Assembly (NCBI GenBank): GCA_002499545.1
Contig: DAME01000024.1
Span: 4-63,432, forward strand
From: Euryarchaeota archaeon UBA88
GTDB lineage: Archaea > Thermoplasmatota > Poseidoniia > Poseidoniales > Poseidoniaceae
Length of the DNA: 63,429 nt
Direction of reading: 5' to 3'
How positions within the stretch are numbered: position 1 is the first letter of the stretch; each line of letters begins with the position of its first letter. Positions 47,296 to 56,651 of this stretch are shown one piece after another. Position numbers and translations under genes: made by a program. The notes under the pieces were generated by a model. It ran no database searches and was not told where the DNA came from. It was given only the letters and a program-made list of their open reading frames with translations.

Positions 47296-48452
47296 GGCGT
47301 CAACACTGGACGGGGGGTTTTTCCTGACCCTCGATGACCGATGAGACGGACTGCTTGCCACGGTGGAGAAGCAGCATTCAACCCGTCGAGGATTGCATCA
47401 GTCGTCGCTTCCCAACTCCACTGTTTTCGCCATTCTTCAACCAACTGCTTACGTCGTGCAGCGTCGCATTCCAACCACGGTATTGCAACATCATGAAGTT
47501 CGCGCAAAACATCGAGATGGTCGTCTTTGGAAGCTCCCTTGAGGACGGCTTTTTGTGAAGTATCAAGCGGCAAGCAGGCAGGTTGATTCCATCGTGCATG
47601 ACCCGAAGGCAACCATGTGGTTGACGGGTCGGAACAATCCGTCAGTCCAGTCAATCCCGCTTCGAGAATTGAATGTTCGATTTTTAGCGAAGTTGGCCAC
47701 ACATAAATCGGAATGCCTCGCTGATGCTTTCGAAACCTTTGGGCCGGCTTTCCTGAAAGGCCACCCGACCTTCCAAGCGGAATGTAATTCTTGGGTGGCA
47801 CGAAGTAATCCACGGCACAGGGAACCATCGAGGCGCCGGCTTTTCTGTGAAGATGTATGAGACGTGAAAGGGGCGTGAAGAGAAATTGAAGACCACCGCG
47901 AACGCGCTTGGAATAATAATTTCCGAACGGTGGCATGTAGGGTTTTAATTCAGCCCACGGTCGAGAGGTTTGAGCGTCACGAATCGATGCCTCCATTCCA
48001 CGGTGAAAGGCGTAGTACACAGTGTTGTGCGATGGAATCTCGTGTTCTTCAAGCAGCAAATCTGCTTTTTTCACCATGTTTGCGACGTGTTGAACGTGGC
48101 GCTGATGTCCGAAATATCCACCACCGTACAATGCTTTGGGATGCGGCCGTTTGAATTCAATGCACCCCATCTTACCCTGGTCTCTCCATTGGGATGCAAT
48201 GGTCGAGTCATCCAGCATCTGCTGGAAGGAAAGAAATCCGAATGATGTGAGTTCATCCAGCGTGTGATTTTCAGTCCATGAATACGAGTGCGGATGATCT
48301 GTTGGAGGAATCGCCAACTTGGAATCATGATGGACAATCAGAGCTCCGTCACTGGTGAGACGGAGGTCGAATTCCACACCATCGTTGAATTGAATCGCAT
48401 GCTTGAGACTCTCAAGCGTATTTTCGGGAGGTTGAACCCACTGCGAATCCAC
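47283..48452 (-). CDS. Glycerophosphodiester phosphodiesterase-family protein, circularly permuted
   Basis: PENT, GVEFDLRLTSDG..IVHHD, IEFK, GLTD; the IGHRG motif lies at the C-terminus. Confidence 0.85.
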   Translation of the reverse strand: MDSQWVQPPENTLESLKHAIQFNDGVEFDLRLTSDGALIVHHDSKLAIPPTDHPHSYSWTENHTLDELTSFGFLSFQQMLDDSTIASQWRDQGKMGCIEFKRPHPKALYGGGYFGHQRHVQHVANMVKKADLLLEEHEIPSHNTVYYAFHRGMEASIRDAQTSRPWAELKPYMPPFGNYYSKRVRGGLQFLFTPLSRLIHLHRKAGASMVPCAVDYFVPPKNYIPLGRSGGLSGKPAQRFRKHQRGIPIYVWPTSLKIEHSILEAGLTGLTDCSDPSTTWLPSGHARWNQPACLPLDTSQKAVLKGASKDDHLDVLRELHDVAIPWLECDAARRKQLVEEWRKQWSWEATTDAILDGLNAASPPWQAVRLIGHRGSGKTPRPVLTPHSM

Positions 48453-48582
48453 ACTCTCCCGATGATGATGTCCTTTCTAAGTCCTGTTATCGGGTTTGAT
48501 GAAGAGTGATTCACTGAAAACTCACCGATTTGGATTGGACTGCCGTCATAAGACCTATATGAATCTCCATGGCCCACAGCCT

Positions 48583-50016
48583 ATGGACCCCTATGATATC
48601 ATGATGGGGCTCATATTCGTTTTAACACCAATCATATGCTGGTTCTTCACTCGACATGACACAACGATGCGAGTCCCGTTCAAGGACTGGGCAAAGGTGT
48701 TCCACGACCAGCGTTATTACTTGCACGCCATTGGCTACATTGTCATTATTCGTTGGAAATCCATCACCGACTCGCTCAATGAGCCCATAAAAATGCAGAC
48801 AGGTCACTGGACTGAAGCCATTTACTCATTGGAAGGCGATTTCACCTACCACATTCAGAAATTTTTCCTAAACGATGGGTTAACCACGTTTCTCAACTTC
48901 CATTATTTATTCATCTACCTGTTTTTGATATACGTCACGACCGTGTACTTTGCTTATTCCGGCGACCGCAACATGACCGACAAGGTCGCCATGAACTACC
49001 TCTTGATTTACGCTCTTGCAGTCCCCTACTATCTGTTCTTCAATGTTGAAGTGACCTCATCGTGGATACCCGGTATGGACGCCCTGCTTTATCATGAAGG
49101 ATGGTACAGTGTTTTCTACGCCTCACATGACCCGTTGGACAATTCGGTTCCTTCCCTCCACGTCGCAATTCCATTTGGCATACTTTTACTGAATTATCTT
49201 CACGTCAAAGAGCAAGGGGGGACGATGAAAGAATGGCAACATTATCGTTACCACATGTTTGTCCTATGGAACACTGTGTTGTTCACCTTCACGATCTTGT
49301 ATCTCGGAATCCACTGGTTTGTCGACATACCACTTGGTATGCTGATTGGGGGTGTTGGAGCACTGTTCATTCATCATTTACAACCGCGAATACGTAACGA
49401 CCACGGGAGCTTTTTCAAAGGCTTTAACAGCAAAAAAATTCGACAGCACCTTCTGGTGGAAGGGGTTGTGTGTTTGATGATTGTCACATGTATTTTGATG
49501 GCTATCAACGTTCAAACCGAGACGATTGACGAACGTGTATCCTATCAAATAGGACCCGATGATTCGACCTTCGAAATTATCCAAAAATTTCAACCGGGAA
49601 TGAAAGTTCATTCCAACGTCACCAATTTAGATGACAGTCTGAGTATCGAAGTTGTGTTGGTGAAGATCTATGATGCGGTTCCAGCGATGGAAAACGGCTC
49701 AATTGATTGGAACGTCGTTCGAACCCTAGGCGAAGTAGAAACGGTTGCTCCGAGGATGACCTTGCCACTGGTCATTGAAGATCCGATGGTCTACCACTAC
49801 ATCATGATGAACAACCCAAGTGAAGGTGGTTCAGACGACGTGGTTCAAGTTCGAGTCATCAACGATTACCATGAAGATGTCATGCCAAATGCAATCTTAC
49901 TTTCACTGCCATCACTGTGGATGACTGGTTTTGTCGTGAACAGATTGTGGCGCTTGAGAAAAGAAGGGCGAAGTTTGATTGATTCTACACCTTCCCATCT
50001 TTGGGAATCTGAATGA
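48583..50016 (+). CDS. PAP2/Aur1-like membrane phosphotransferase with an extra extracellular beta domain and C-terminal TM
   Basis: NSVPSLHV and YLGIHWFVD; about 7 TMs, a soluble domain, then a final TM. Start ATG 48583. Confidence 0.85.
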   Translation: MDPYDIMMGLIFVLTPIICWFFTRHDTTMRVPFKDWAKVFHDQRYYLHAIGYIVIIRWKSITDSLNEPIKMQTGHWTEAIYSLEGDFTYHIQKFFLNDGLTTFLNFHYLFIYLFLIYVTTVYFAYSGDRNMTDKVAMNYLLIYALAVPYYLFFNVEVTSSWIPGMDALLYHEGWYSVFYASHDPLDNSVPSLHVAIPFGILLLNYLHVKEQGGTMKEWQHYRYHMFVLWNTVLFTFTILYLGIHWFVDIPLGMLIGGVGALFIHHLQPRIRNDHGSFFKGFNSKKIRQHLLVEGVVCLMIVTCILMAINVQTETIDERVSYQIGPDDSTFEIIQKFQPGMKVHSNVTNLDDSLSIEVVLVKIYDAVPAMENGSIDWNVVRTLGEVETVAPRMTLPLVIEDPMVYHYIMMNNPSEGGSDDVVQVRVINDYHEDVMPNAILLSLPSLWMTGFVVNRLWRLRKEGRSLIDSTPSHLWESE

Positions 50017-50064
50017 AAGTGACCAAGAGTTTGTGTTATGAGGGCAAAGCCTCTGCATAACACA

Positions 50065-50871
50065 ATGGCAGAGTCAGAGGGTTTGACCGATGCGGTCGAA
50101 GAATTACTGGATTCATCCGGTGGACAAATCCTCTTGTCCTTTCGCGACTACCTCCGCCGACGACTGAAAGCGTTGTTCGCACTGCTCGTGGTTGGTTTTG
50201 CCGTCACCTTTCCACTCACGAAGCAATTCATTGCATGGTTGATTGACGCTGAACGATTGCCCGACGACGTCGAGATTATTGTCACTACGCCAGTCGAATT
50301 TATCCTTCTGCAAATCCGCTTATCTGCGAGTGTAGGAATGGTTTTTGTCCTCTTCTTTTTGATTGCAGAAGGAAGTTGGCGAGCAAGAAAAAACCAGGCA
50401 ATACGTCAACGGCTTTCCGAGCTCAATGTTCGTCCACCGCAACCCAACGCAACCCTTGTTTTGACCATCGTTGCCATACTGATTCTCATGGCTAGTGGGC
50501 TATATTATGCGTGGAATTGGTTGATTCCAATGCTCCTTGAATACCTTACGACCGATGCTCAAAACGCTGGACTATCGACAGAATGGAGACTCACTGGTTA
50601 CACTGGCTTTGTTGCCAATCTCGCTCTGGCTTCAGCCGTTGGATTCCAAGCCCCGGTAGTCACACTGCTGGTTCTTCGTTCGGAATTAATTCAGCGTTCA
50701 GTGCTCACGTCCTACCGACGGCACATTTGGTTCGGTTCATTTCTACTCGGAGCAATCCTCTCTCCACCCGACCCGCTGTCATTGTTTTTGGTAGCCATGC
50801 CCGTCATCATCTTGTTTGAATTAGCATTGATGCTGGACCGCTTCACTCGGAGTGAGTCGATTCAGTCGTGA
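50065..50871 (+). CDS. tatC: Twin-arginine translocase subunit TatC
   Basis: LRRRL, TPVEF, FQAP, RRH, ILSPPDPLS, LFE. Confidence 0.9.
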   Translation: MAESEGLTDAVEELLDSSGGQILLSFRDYLRRRLKALFALLVVGFAVTFPLTKQFIAWLIDAERLPDDVEIIVTTPVEFILLQIRLSASVGMVFVLFFLIAEGSWRARKNQAIRQRLSELNVRPPQPNATLVLTIVAILILMASGLYYAWNWLIPMLLEYLTTDAQNAGLSTEWRLTGYTGFVANLALASAVGFQAPVVTLLVLRSELIQRSVLTSYRRHIWFGSFLLGAILSPPDPLSLFLVAMPVIILFELALMLDRFTRSESIQS

Positions 50872-51751
50872 GCACATCGGGCAAGGAAGCGAACGGAACA
50901 GCCATTCGTCCTGGGGCTTGGTTGAAATCAATACCGTGGAAATCAGAACCACATGTAATGCAGAGTCCTGCTGCCTTGGACGCCGTCCAAAGGGCGAAAC
51001 GGTAAGCATCAGAATGGCTTCGATGGAAGCATTCAATCGCATCAACACCTGCCTGCTTACAGAACGCTGCCAACATCTGCGGAGGTATTCCATAGTACAA
51101 CGGATGCGCGAGTGAGGTAAAGCCTCCACACGCTCGCACGATGCGAGTTGCTTCTTCAATCGATGGCAGAGGTCGAGCGACGTGCGCTGGTTTCCCATCA
51201 CCTATCCACTCGTCGAATGCTTGCTGACGATGTTCTACATAGCCCAAGGCAACCAGTTCATCTGCCAAATGTGGACGGCCTACAGAATCTCCAGCTCTAT
51301 CAAGCACCTTCTCTTTTTCAACAACCAGTCCGAGTTCATTGAGACGTTCAATCATCTCGAGCATTCGTGGCACTCTATCATCACCCAGTGGAGTCAGCCA
51401 CTGTTTGAATTGTGAAATTTCGGAACTTCCAAGTTCACCTTTAGGGAAGTAAGCAAGGAGGTGCCATGATGCTGATGCACGCTCTTTACTTCGAAGACGA
51501 AGTTCAGCATCGACCGCCTTCAACCCCGGCTTGCAGGTGATTTCAACACCGGGAATGAAGCGAATACCCGTTTGTTGTGCTGCTTGGAAACCCGCCGCCC
51601 AACCCGAAATCGTGTCATGGTCGGTCAATGACCAACACGTTACGCCAGAATTGGACATTCGTCTGGCGACGTCGGCAACAGAATGTTGACCGTCACTGTT
51701 GGTTGAATGGCTGTGCAAGTCATAGCGCTCAGTCCACACATCCTCTCCCAA
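50843..51751 (-). CDS. PHP-domain phosphoesterase (TrpH/YciV-like)
   Basis: DLHSHSTNSDG, LTDHDT, GVEIT, HLLAY, GRPH, LAHP, GSDFHG. Confidence 0.92.
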   Translation of the reverse strand: MGEDVWTERYDLHSHSTNSDGQHSVADVARRMSNSGVTCWSLTDHDTISGWAAGFQAAQQTGIRFIPGVEITCKPGLKAVDAELRLRSKERASASWHLLAYFPKGELGSSEISQFKQWLTPLGDDRVPRMLEMIERLNELGLVVEKEKVLDRAGDSVGRPHLADELVALGYVEHRQQAFDEWIGDGKPAHVARPLPSIEEATRIVRACGGFTSLAHPLYYGIPPQMLAAFCKQAGVDAIECFHRSHSDAYRFALWTASKAAGLCITCGSDFHGIDFNQAPGRMAVPFASLPDVLTTESTHSE

Positions 51752-51778
51752 AGGGTTGACCTCTAAGGAACTATGGAA

Positions 51779-52603
51779 TCATTCAAACAAGTCATCAAGG
51801 GATGGAAGTTCGGGTTTCACTGTGTCAGAAGGCAGCGATGAAGGAAGTTCGGATAGATCAGGTAGTGCAGGAGAGACAATCGGTTGAGGGGCTACTGGTT
51901 CTGATAGAGGTGCAGCATCAGGTGCGGGTTGCGAAATTGGTGCATTGGAGGCAGAAGGCAGCGGGACTGATGCAACACCCTCACTCTTGAAATCGTGTTC
52001 TTTGTTCAGCCAGGGTAAGTCCGGAGATTCTGCTGCAGTGGATTGACCCGGTAATGGAACGTTACTGACTTTGTGCCGTGCCAGATCTTCTGGAGTCGAA
52101 CTCGCAGATTGAACCACTTCTCGAAACTGGTCTGTTTGAGCGTGCGGTGCAGGATTGGCGCGAGCCATCTCTGCAGCAATTTGTGCCGATTCTCCAGTGC
52201 CGAGCGCTGAAAATGCGTCTTCCATAGAGATTGTATCTTGCACAGGTTCTTGCTCGAGAACCGTTGCAATCAGAAATTTCGTGTTCTCTGATTGGGGACG
52301 AACGGTTTCTAATCCATATCGATCGGATTGGGTTGTTGGCTGGTACGAGGTTTTCAAATCATCCAATGCCTCAAATTGCTCTTGAACTGAAGGCTGGTGA
52401 ATGTCCTCAAATACGGGTCGTTGACGAGATGCGAAAAACCATACTGTAAAACAAATTCCTGCCAAAACAACGAGGATGATTTCTTCCAAACCAAACCCGT
52501 TTTCGAGTCCCAGTTCAGCGACGAAACTTATTGCTGCCAGTAGGAGAAGAATGCCACCAATTACCAGTGATGCAGATGCGAGTCGAGGGGCTTTAGGGTC
52601 CAT
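51779..52603 (-). CDS. Hypothetical protein: 2 TMs and a Pro/Ser-rich disordered tail
   Basis: Hydrophobic N-terminus, low-complexity C-terminus ending LPSLDDLFE. Confidence 0.7.
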   Translation of the reverse strand: MDPKAPRLASASLVIGGILLLLAAISFVAELGLENGFGLEEIILVVLAGICFTVWFFASRQRPVFEDIHQPSVQEQFEALDDLKTSYQPTTQSDRYGLETVRPQSENTKFLIATVLEQEPVQDTISMEDAFSALGTGESAQIAAEMARANPAPHAQTDQFREVVQSASSTPEDLARHKVSNVPLPGQSTAAESPDLPWLNKEHDFKSEGVASVPLPSASNAPISQPAPDAAPLSEPVAPQPIVSPALPDLSELPSSLPSDTVKPELPSLDDLFE

Positions 52604-52616
52604 AGTATCACTTCAT

Positions 52617-53507
52617 TCAAGAGTCCAATGTGTCCGATATCGAAAGTTCAGTGGCTCGAACGGTATTTTCCATCAACATGGCAATGGTCATTGGCCCCAC
52701 GCCACCAGGTACTGGAGAAAGCCAAGATGCGACATTCGCAACATCGGGATGAACATCTCCCGCAAGTCGCCAGCCCCGTTCTCGACTCGAGTCATCGACT
52801 CGATTTATTCCAACATCGACCACAACAGCTCCAGGTTTAATCCAATCTTCACGAACCATTTCAGGTCGTCCGACAGCTGCAATTACAATGTCAGCAGATG
52901 CACAGAGTTCGGTGGTATTGCGGGTGCGAGAGTGAGCAACTGTCACAGTTGCGTCAACACCTTTGACGCCAAGTAAGAGCGCTTGCGGCATGCCCACAAT
53001 TCTTGACCTGCCGAGAATTACGGCGGTTTTACCAGATGTTTCGACACCCGCCCATTCAAGCATTCGCATGACACCGCTAGGGGTGCAAGGAAGCATTCCA
53101 TCCATTCGTCCTTGAACCAAACGTCCGAGATTTTGCGGATGGAATCCGTCAACGTCCTTGGAAGGATGGATTAAATCTGTAAGAGATTCTTCGTCCATGT
53201 GCGGAGGGAGTGGAGATTGCACCAAAATTCCATGAAGTCCTTCTTGAGAATTGAGTGATTCAATGGCACTGCGGACTTCGTCTTCAGATGCGTTGGACGG
53301 GAGTTCGATGTGGGTGCTTTGGATACCGAGCCGTTCACAAGCCCGAACTTTGGAACCCACGTACACGTGGCTTGCAGGGTCGTCGCCGACGATAACGACT
53401 GCTAAATGCGGCATAACACCTCGAAGTTTGCATTGCTCAATACGAGCATGTAGGCCATTTTCGACCTCGAGAGCACAGGCCTTACCATCCAAACGTTGGG
53501 CGACCAT
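52617..53507 (-). CDS. folD: Methylenetetrahydrofolate dehydrogenase/cyclohydrolase
   Basis: VGDDPASHVYV, KDVDGFHP, PCTPSG, GRSRIVG, DVGINR, PVPGGVGPMT. Confidence 0.97.
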   Translation of the reverse strand: MVAQRLDGKACALEVENGLHARIEQCKLRGVMPHLAVVIVGDDPASHVYVGSKVRACERLGIQSTHIELPSNASEDEVRSAIESLNSQEGLHGILVQSPLPPHMDEESLTDLIHPSKDVDGFHPQNLGRLVQGRMDGMLPCTPSGVMRMLEWAGVETSGKTAVILGRSRIVGMPQALLLGVKGVDATVTVAHSRTRNTTELCASADIVIAAVGRPEMVREDWIKPGAVVVDVGINRVDDSSRERGWRLAGDVHPDVANVASWLSPVPGGVGPMTIAMLMENTVRATELSISDTLDS

Positions 53508-53594
53508 AGCCGTGGTAGAGAATTCAACTCTTTATGATTCGCGTTCACTTGACAGTGAAAGATAGACTCTCGTAAAGTGAGAGGGGGGGCAAAG

Positions 53595-53667
53595 AGCCTG
53601 CGGAGGGACTCGAACCCCCGACCTTCGGATTACAAATCCGATGCACTACCAGCTATGCTACACAGGC
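53595..53667 (-). tRNA. tRNA-Thr(TGT)
   Basis: GCCTGTG...CGCAGGCT acceptor stem; anticodon arm TCGGA-TTTGTAA-TCCGA; T loop TTCGAGT; U73 discriminator; CCA not encoded. Confidence 0.97.
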
Positions 53668-53769
53668 GACGAAACGTTCCAGTCACTCACCCTTGATGAA
53701 ACAAACGGATGGCAACGACGAAATGAGAACGATCAAATGAGCCAAATCTGGGTCAAAAGGTGATTAAGT

Positions 53770-54765
53770 TCAGTCAAGAACCGATGCTAACTGATGTTGT
53801 CTTTGCATCAATTTACTGAACAAAGGTGGAATCAGTGCAAGCCAAAACATGCCATAGTACCCTGCTGGAAGTTGCGGTGCTTCGTCATGAACAGTCAAGC
53901 GTTCATATCGAGTGCTTGACCGAAGGTGATGCGACGGATGCAGCGGTAGTTCCAGCAACGTCCATCGCGAGAGTCGACGACGGCTTTCCCAAGCATGTGA
54001 GGCATTGGGTCGCTCGTTCATCTCACGCAACAAACCGTGGTGCTGGATGTAATTCACGAATTCTAACAAATAAATCGCTACGGCTGCTTGGAGAATAAAG
54101 GCTGCGAGAAACGCCCAGCCAGCGAAAGCCAAACCAATCAACAGTACTGCTTCGGCGATTAACGAGTTTCGCGTGTCCACTGGACGGGCTTTGTAAGCAC
54201 CTCGCACTTGCCGAGGAACAGTTTGCAGAACGTGATAATACACGCCTCGGCCCCATGGGGATGATGTTGGGTCAACCTCACGAGCCCAGTGTTTGTGGTG
54301 GGTATGATTGTGCTCAGTTGTAAAATGCAGATAGAGCACACAAAACAGAGACATCCGAGCTGATTTTCTACTGAGTGATTTAGGGCGACGGTGTCCAAGC
54401 TCATGTGCAGCAACAATTCCAGAGGCTCCATTTGAGAGACCCGCTGAAAGAATTCCCAACGTCGTAAAAACCGTCAAACCATCAAGTGAGACCCTCCAAA
54501 ACAGGACAACTAAAATCACAGGCACACACCATGCATGAAGGTGAGCAATGATGTTGTGAGCGTTCCCCTCCTGCAATGGGTCTGTCGTTGTTGATTCTCC
54601 GATCATCAGTTCAAGAAACGGATAGATGACGAGCAGAAGAACCAGCGTAGAAGCCATCCAAACTCCACCGACCCAAAGCGATGCAAGTGTAACTGCTGGG
54701 GTAAGAAGCCCCCACAAGTGCGGAACCCACCTCTGGCTCATGGATAGTTCATCGAGTCGCTCCAT
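53770..54765 (-). CDS. AlkB-like membrane di-iron hydroxylase/desaturase
   Basis: His boxes HELGH, EHNHTHH, NYIQHHG and HPSHH; APQLPAGY...LALIPPL. Confidence 0.85.
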   Translation of the reverse strand: MERLDELSMSQRWVPHLWGLLTPAVTLASLWVGGVWMASTLVLLLVIYPFLELMIGESTTTDPLQEGNAHNIIAHLHAWCVPVILVVLFWRVSLDGLTVFTTLGILSAGLSNGASGIVAAHELGHRRPKSLSRKSARMSLFCVLYLHFTTEHNHTHHKHWAREVDPTSSPWGRGVYYHVLQTVPRQVRGAYKARPVDTRNSLIAEAVLLIGLAFAGWAFLAAFILQAAVAIYLLEFVNYIQHHGLLREMNERPNASHAWESRRRLSRWTLLELPLHPSHHLRSSTRYERLTVHDEAPQLPAGYYGMFWLALIPPLFSKLMQRQHQLASVLD

Positions 54766-54897
54766 GTAAATGCTGTCATGTTTTGGGTTTCACTCTCGGT
54801 TGTTGTACTCAAATTCTCAAAAACGCGTGGATTTCAGGGAGAACGTCCAACCAAAATAAGAGACAAAACAAAGAACGACGCAACTTACGGAGGGGGC

Positions 54898-56184
54898 ATG
54901 GATGAGAACCCTGGTGCGAGTTTGCTCAACCCGTATGCCCAATCAAAAGTCGGCAGCGATACAATTTTCAGCTGGTGGGCCCGTTACCAAACCGCCACCA
55001 GTGAGGGCTTTGATGCAGTCAATGGAACCATTGGGGCCTTACTGGAAAACGACGGTACGCTTGCAATCAATCAAGTTGTCGACCAAGCAGTTCGTGCATC
55101 ACCTCCGGTCGAAATTGCGGCGTATGCTCCATTGAAGGGACTACCGGCATTTCTTGACCTGTCCAAAACATTGGCACTCGGTGACTATCGTAAGGCATTG
55201 GAAGACATGGGGCTCAACATCACGGCGACAGCAAGTCCGGGTGGATCTGGCGCCTTGTTTTTAGCCGCTACGAACTTTGCCAACCGTGGTGATAAAGTGC
55301 TGCTTCGAGACCGTCATTGGGGGCCGTACAAAGGATTTTTGTCAGGATGCGATTTAGGATTTGCTTCCTACCCATTGTTGCCAAACAACGTGAATTCTGG
55401 ACACCCGTTCGTCGATATCGAATCATTCAAGTCCGAATTGGCCAACTTGTGCTCAACCCAAGACAAGGTGATGATATGGCTCAATGATCCCGCACACAAT
55501 CCGACCGGACTTTCGCTCACAGCCAATGGCCGAGCAGCCGTGTTGGAGGCAGTGATGGAAAGTGCATCTCGAAACGAGCATGTAGGTCATACGCTCTTGC
55601 TGGATGCAGCCTACCATCTCTATGCTGAAGAACCTCATGGATGGAGTCAAACGTTGTTGGACGCACTCAATGACGGTTGGCCTTGGAGTGAAAACTTCCT
55701 CATCACCTTTGCCATCTCACTGTCCAAATCCCACACCATTTACGGACTGAGAACTGGCGCATTGGTGAGTGTTCATCCAGACAGTACTGTAACTGATAAA
55801 ATCGAGACAGTTATGGGCGTCACTGGACGTCAAACGTGGTCAGCCGCACCAAGAGTTGCCCAGTATGCGGTGAGTGAATTGCACGCCGACCCTGAAACTG
55901 GTGAAGCGTGGGTCATCGAGCGAGACCGGCTTCAAGCACTCCTGGTCGAACGCCGTACGAGCATGATTGAGGAATGCAAGCGACTTGATGTACCCCTCAA
56001 CCCGACACACGACGGATTCTTTGCCTGGCTCGAACACGACGACCCCGAACGCATTGCAGAAGCATGCGCTCAACAGCACGTTTACCTCGTACCCTTAAGC
56101 GGAGGGGTACGAATTGGGTTGTGTGCAGTTCCAATGAAACACATCCCTCGCGTCGCACAAGCCCTAGCACATGCTCTCAAGTGA
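54898..56184 (+). CDS. Class I/II aminotransferase (aspartate/aromatic-like)
   Basis: NGTIG, YAPLKG, PGGSGAL, NDPAHNPTG, DAAY, SLSKSHTIYGLRTG. Confidence 0.88.
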   Translation: MDENPGASLLNPYAQSKVGSDTIFSWWARYQTATSEGFDAVNGTIGALLENDGTLAINQVVDQAVRASPPVEIAAYAPLKGLPAFLDLSKTLALGDYRKALEDMGLNITATASPGGSGALFLAATNFANRGDKVLLRDRHWGPYKGFLSGCDLGFASYPLLPNNVNSGHPFVDIESFKSELANLCSTQDKVMIWLNDPAHNPTGLSLTANGRAAVLEAVMESASRNEHVGHTLLLDAAYHLYAEEPHGWSQTLLDALNDGWPWSENFLITFAISLSKSHTIYGLRTGALVSVHPDSTVTDKIETVMGVTGRQTWSAAPRVAQYAVSELHADPETGEAWVIERDRLQALLVERRTSMIEECKRLDVPLNPTHDGFFAWLEHDDPERIAEACAQQHVYLVPLSGGVRIGLCAVPMKHIPRVAQALAHALK

Positions 56185-56193
56185 GGTCGTTCG

Positions 56194-56568
56194 ATGAAAT
56201 CCATCAGAGAGAATTTTCTGCTCAGTGGAATGATTTGCATTGTATCTGGAGCGTTTTTTACCGTCGCAGGAATCATGTCGATTGCAGGTACAGTTGGAAT
56301 CTGCGGAATTGTCTTGTTCGTTATTGGAATGAGCACGCCATCGCAACTCGGGATGACGGAAGAAGAAGTGGCCAATTGGCTTCCAGATGCGACGGAATTA
56401 CCGGATGCTGGGCGGATGATGTTTCGAGTCGATGTGACGCTGGATGAGCCGAAACAGTGCAGTATTCTGTGCGGCCCATGCGGCCACGTGGAAGTGGTGA
56501 ATGGCGAACGGCCAAGACAATTTACCTGCCCGAAATGTTCTGCAATGTTGTGGGATGAAGAAGAGTAG
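56194..56568 (+). CDS. Small 2-TM protein with a C-terminal zinc ribbon
   Basis: Hydrophobic N-terminus; CGPC...CPKC; SD-like GAGGT upstream. Confidence 0.7.
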   Translation: MKSIRENFLLSGMICIVSGAFFTVAGIMSIAGTVGICGIVLFVIGMSTPSQLGMTEEEVANWLPDATELPDAGRMMFRVDVTLDEPKQCSILCGPCGHVEVVNGERPRQFTCPKCSAMLWDEEE

Positions 56569-56651
56569 GCCGACGAGATTTTCTGTAAAGAACTCTCTTT
56601 GGCATTCATTCTATCCACAGAATTGAAAGGCCGTGAATCGCTACGAAGCAC

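Noticed and set aside
47306-47330. GGGGGG-TTTTT after gltA as an intrinsic terminator
   Set aside because: No good stem, and the sequence encodes the C-terminus of the opposing GDPD (GKTPRP).
56611-56619. DnaA-box-like CTATCCACA (also CTGTCCACA near 63281)
   Set aside because: Isolated, mismatched copies are expected by chance, and the DnaA-like protein lacks domain IV.
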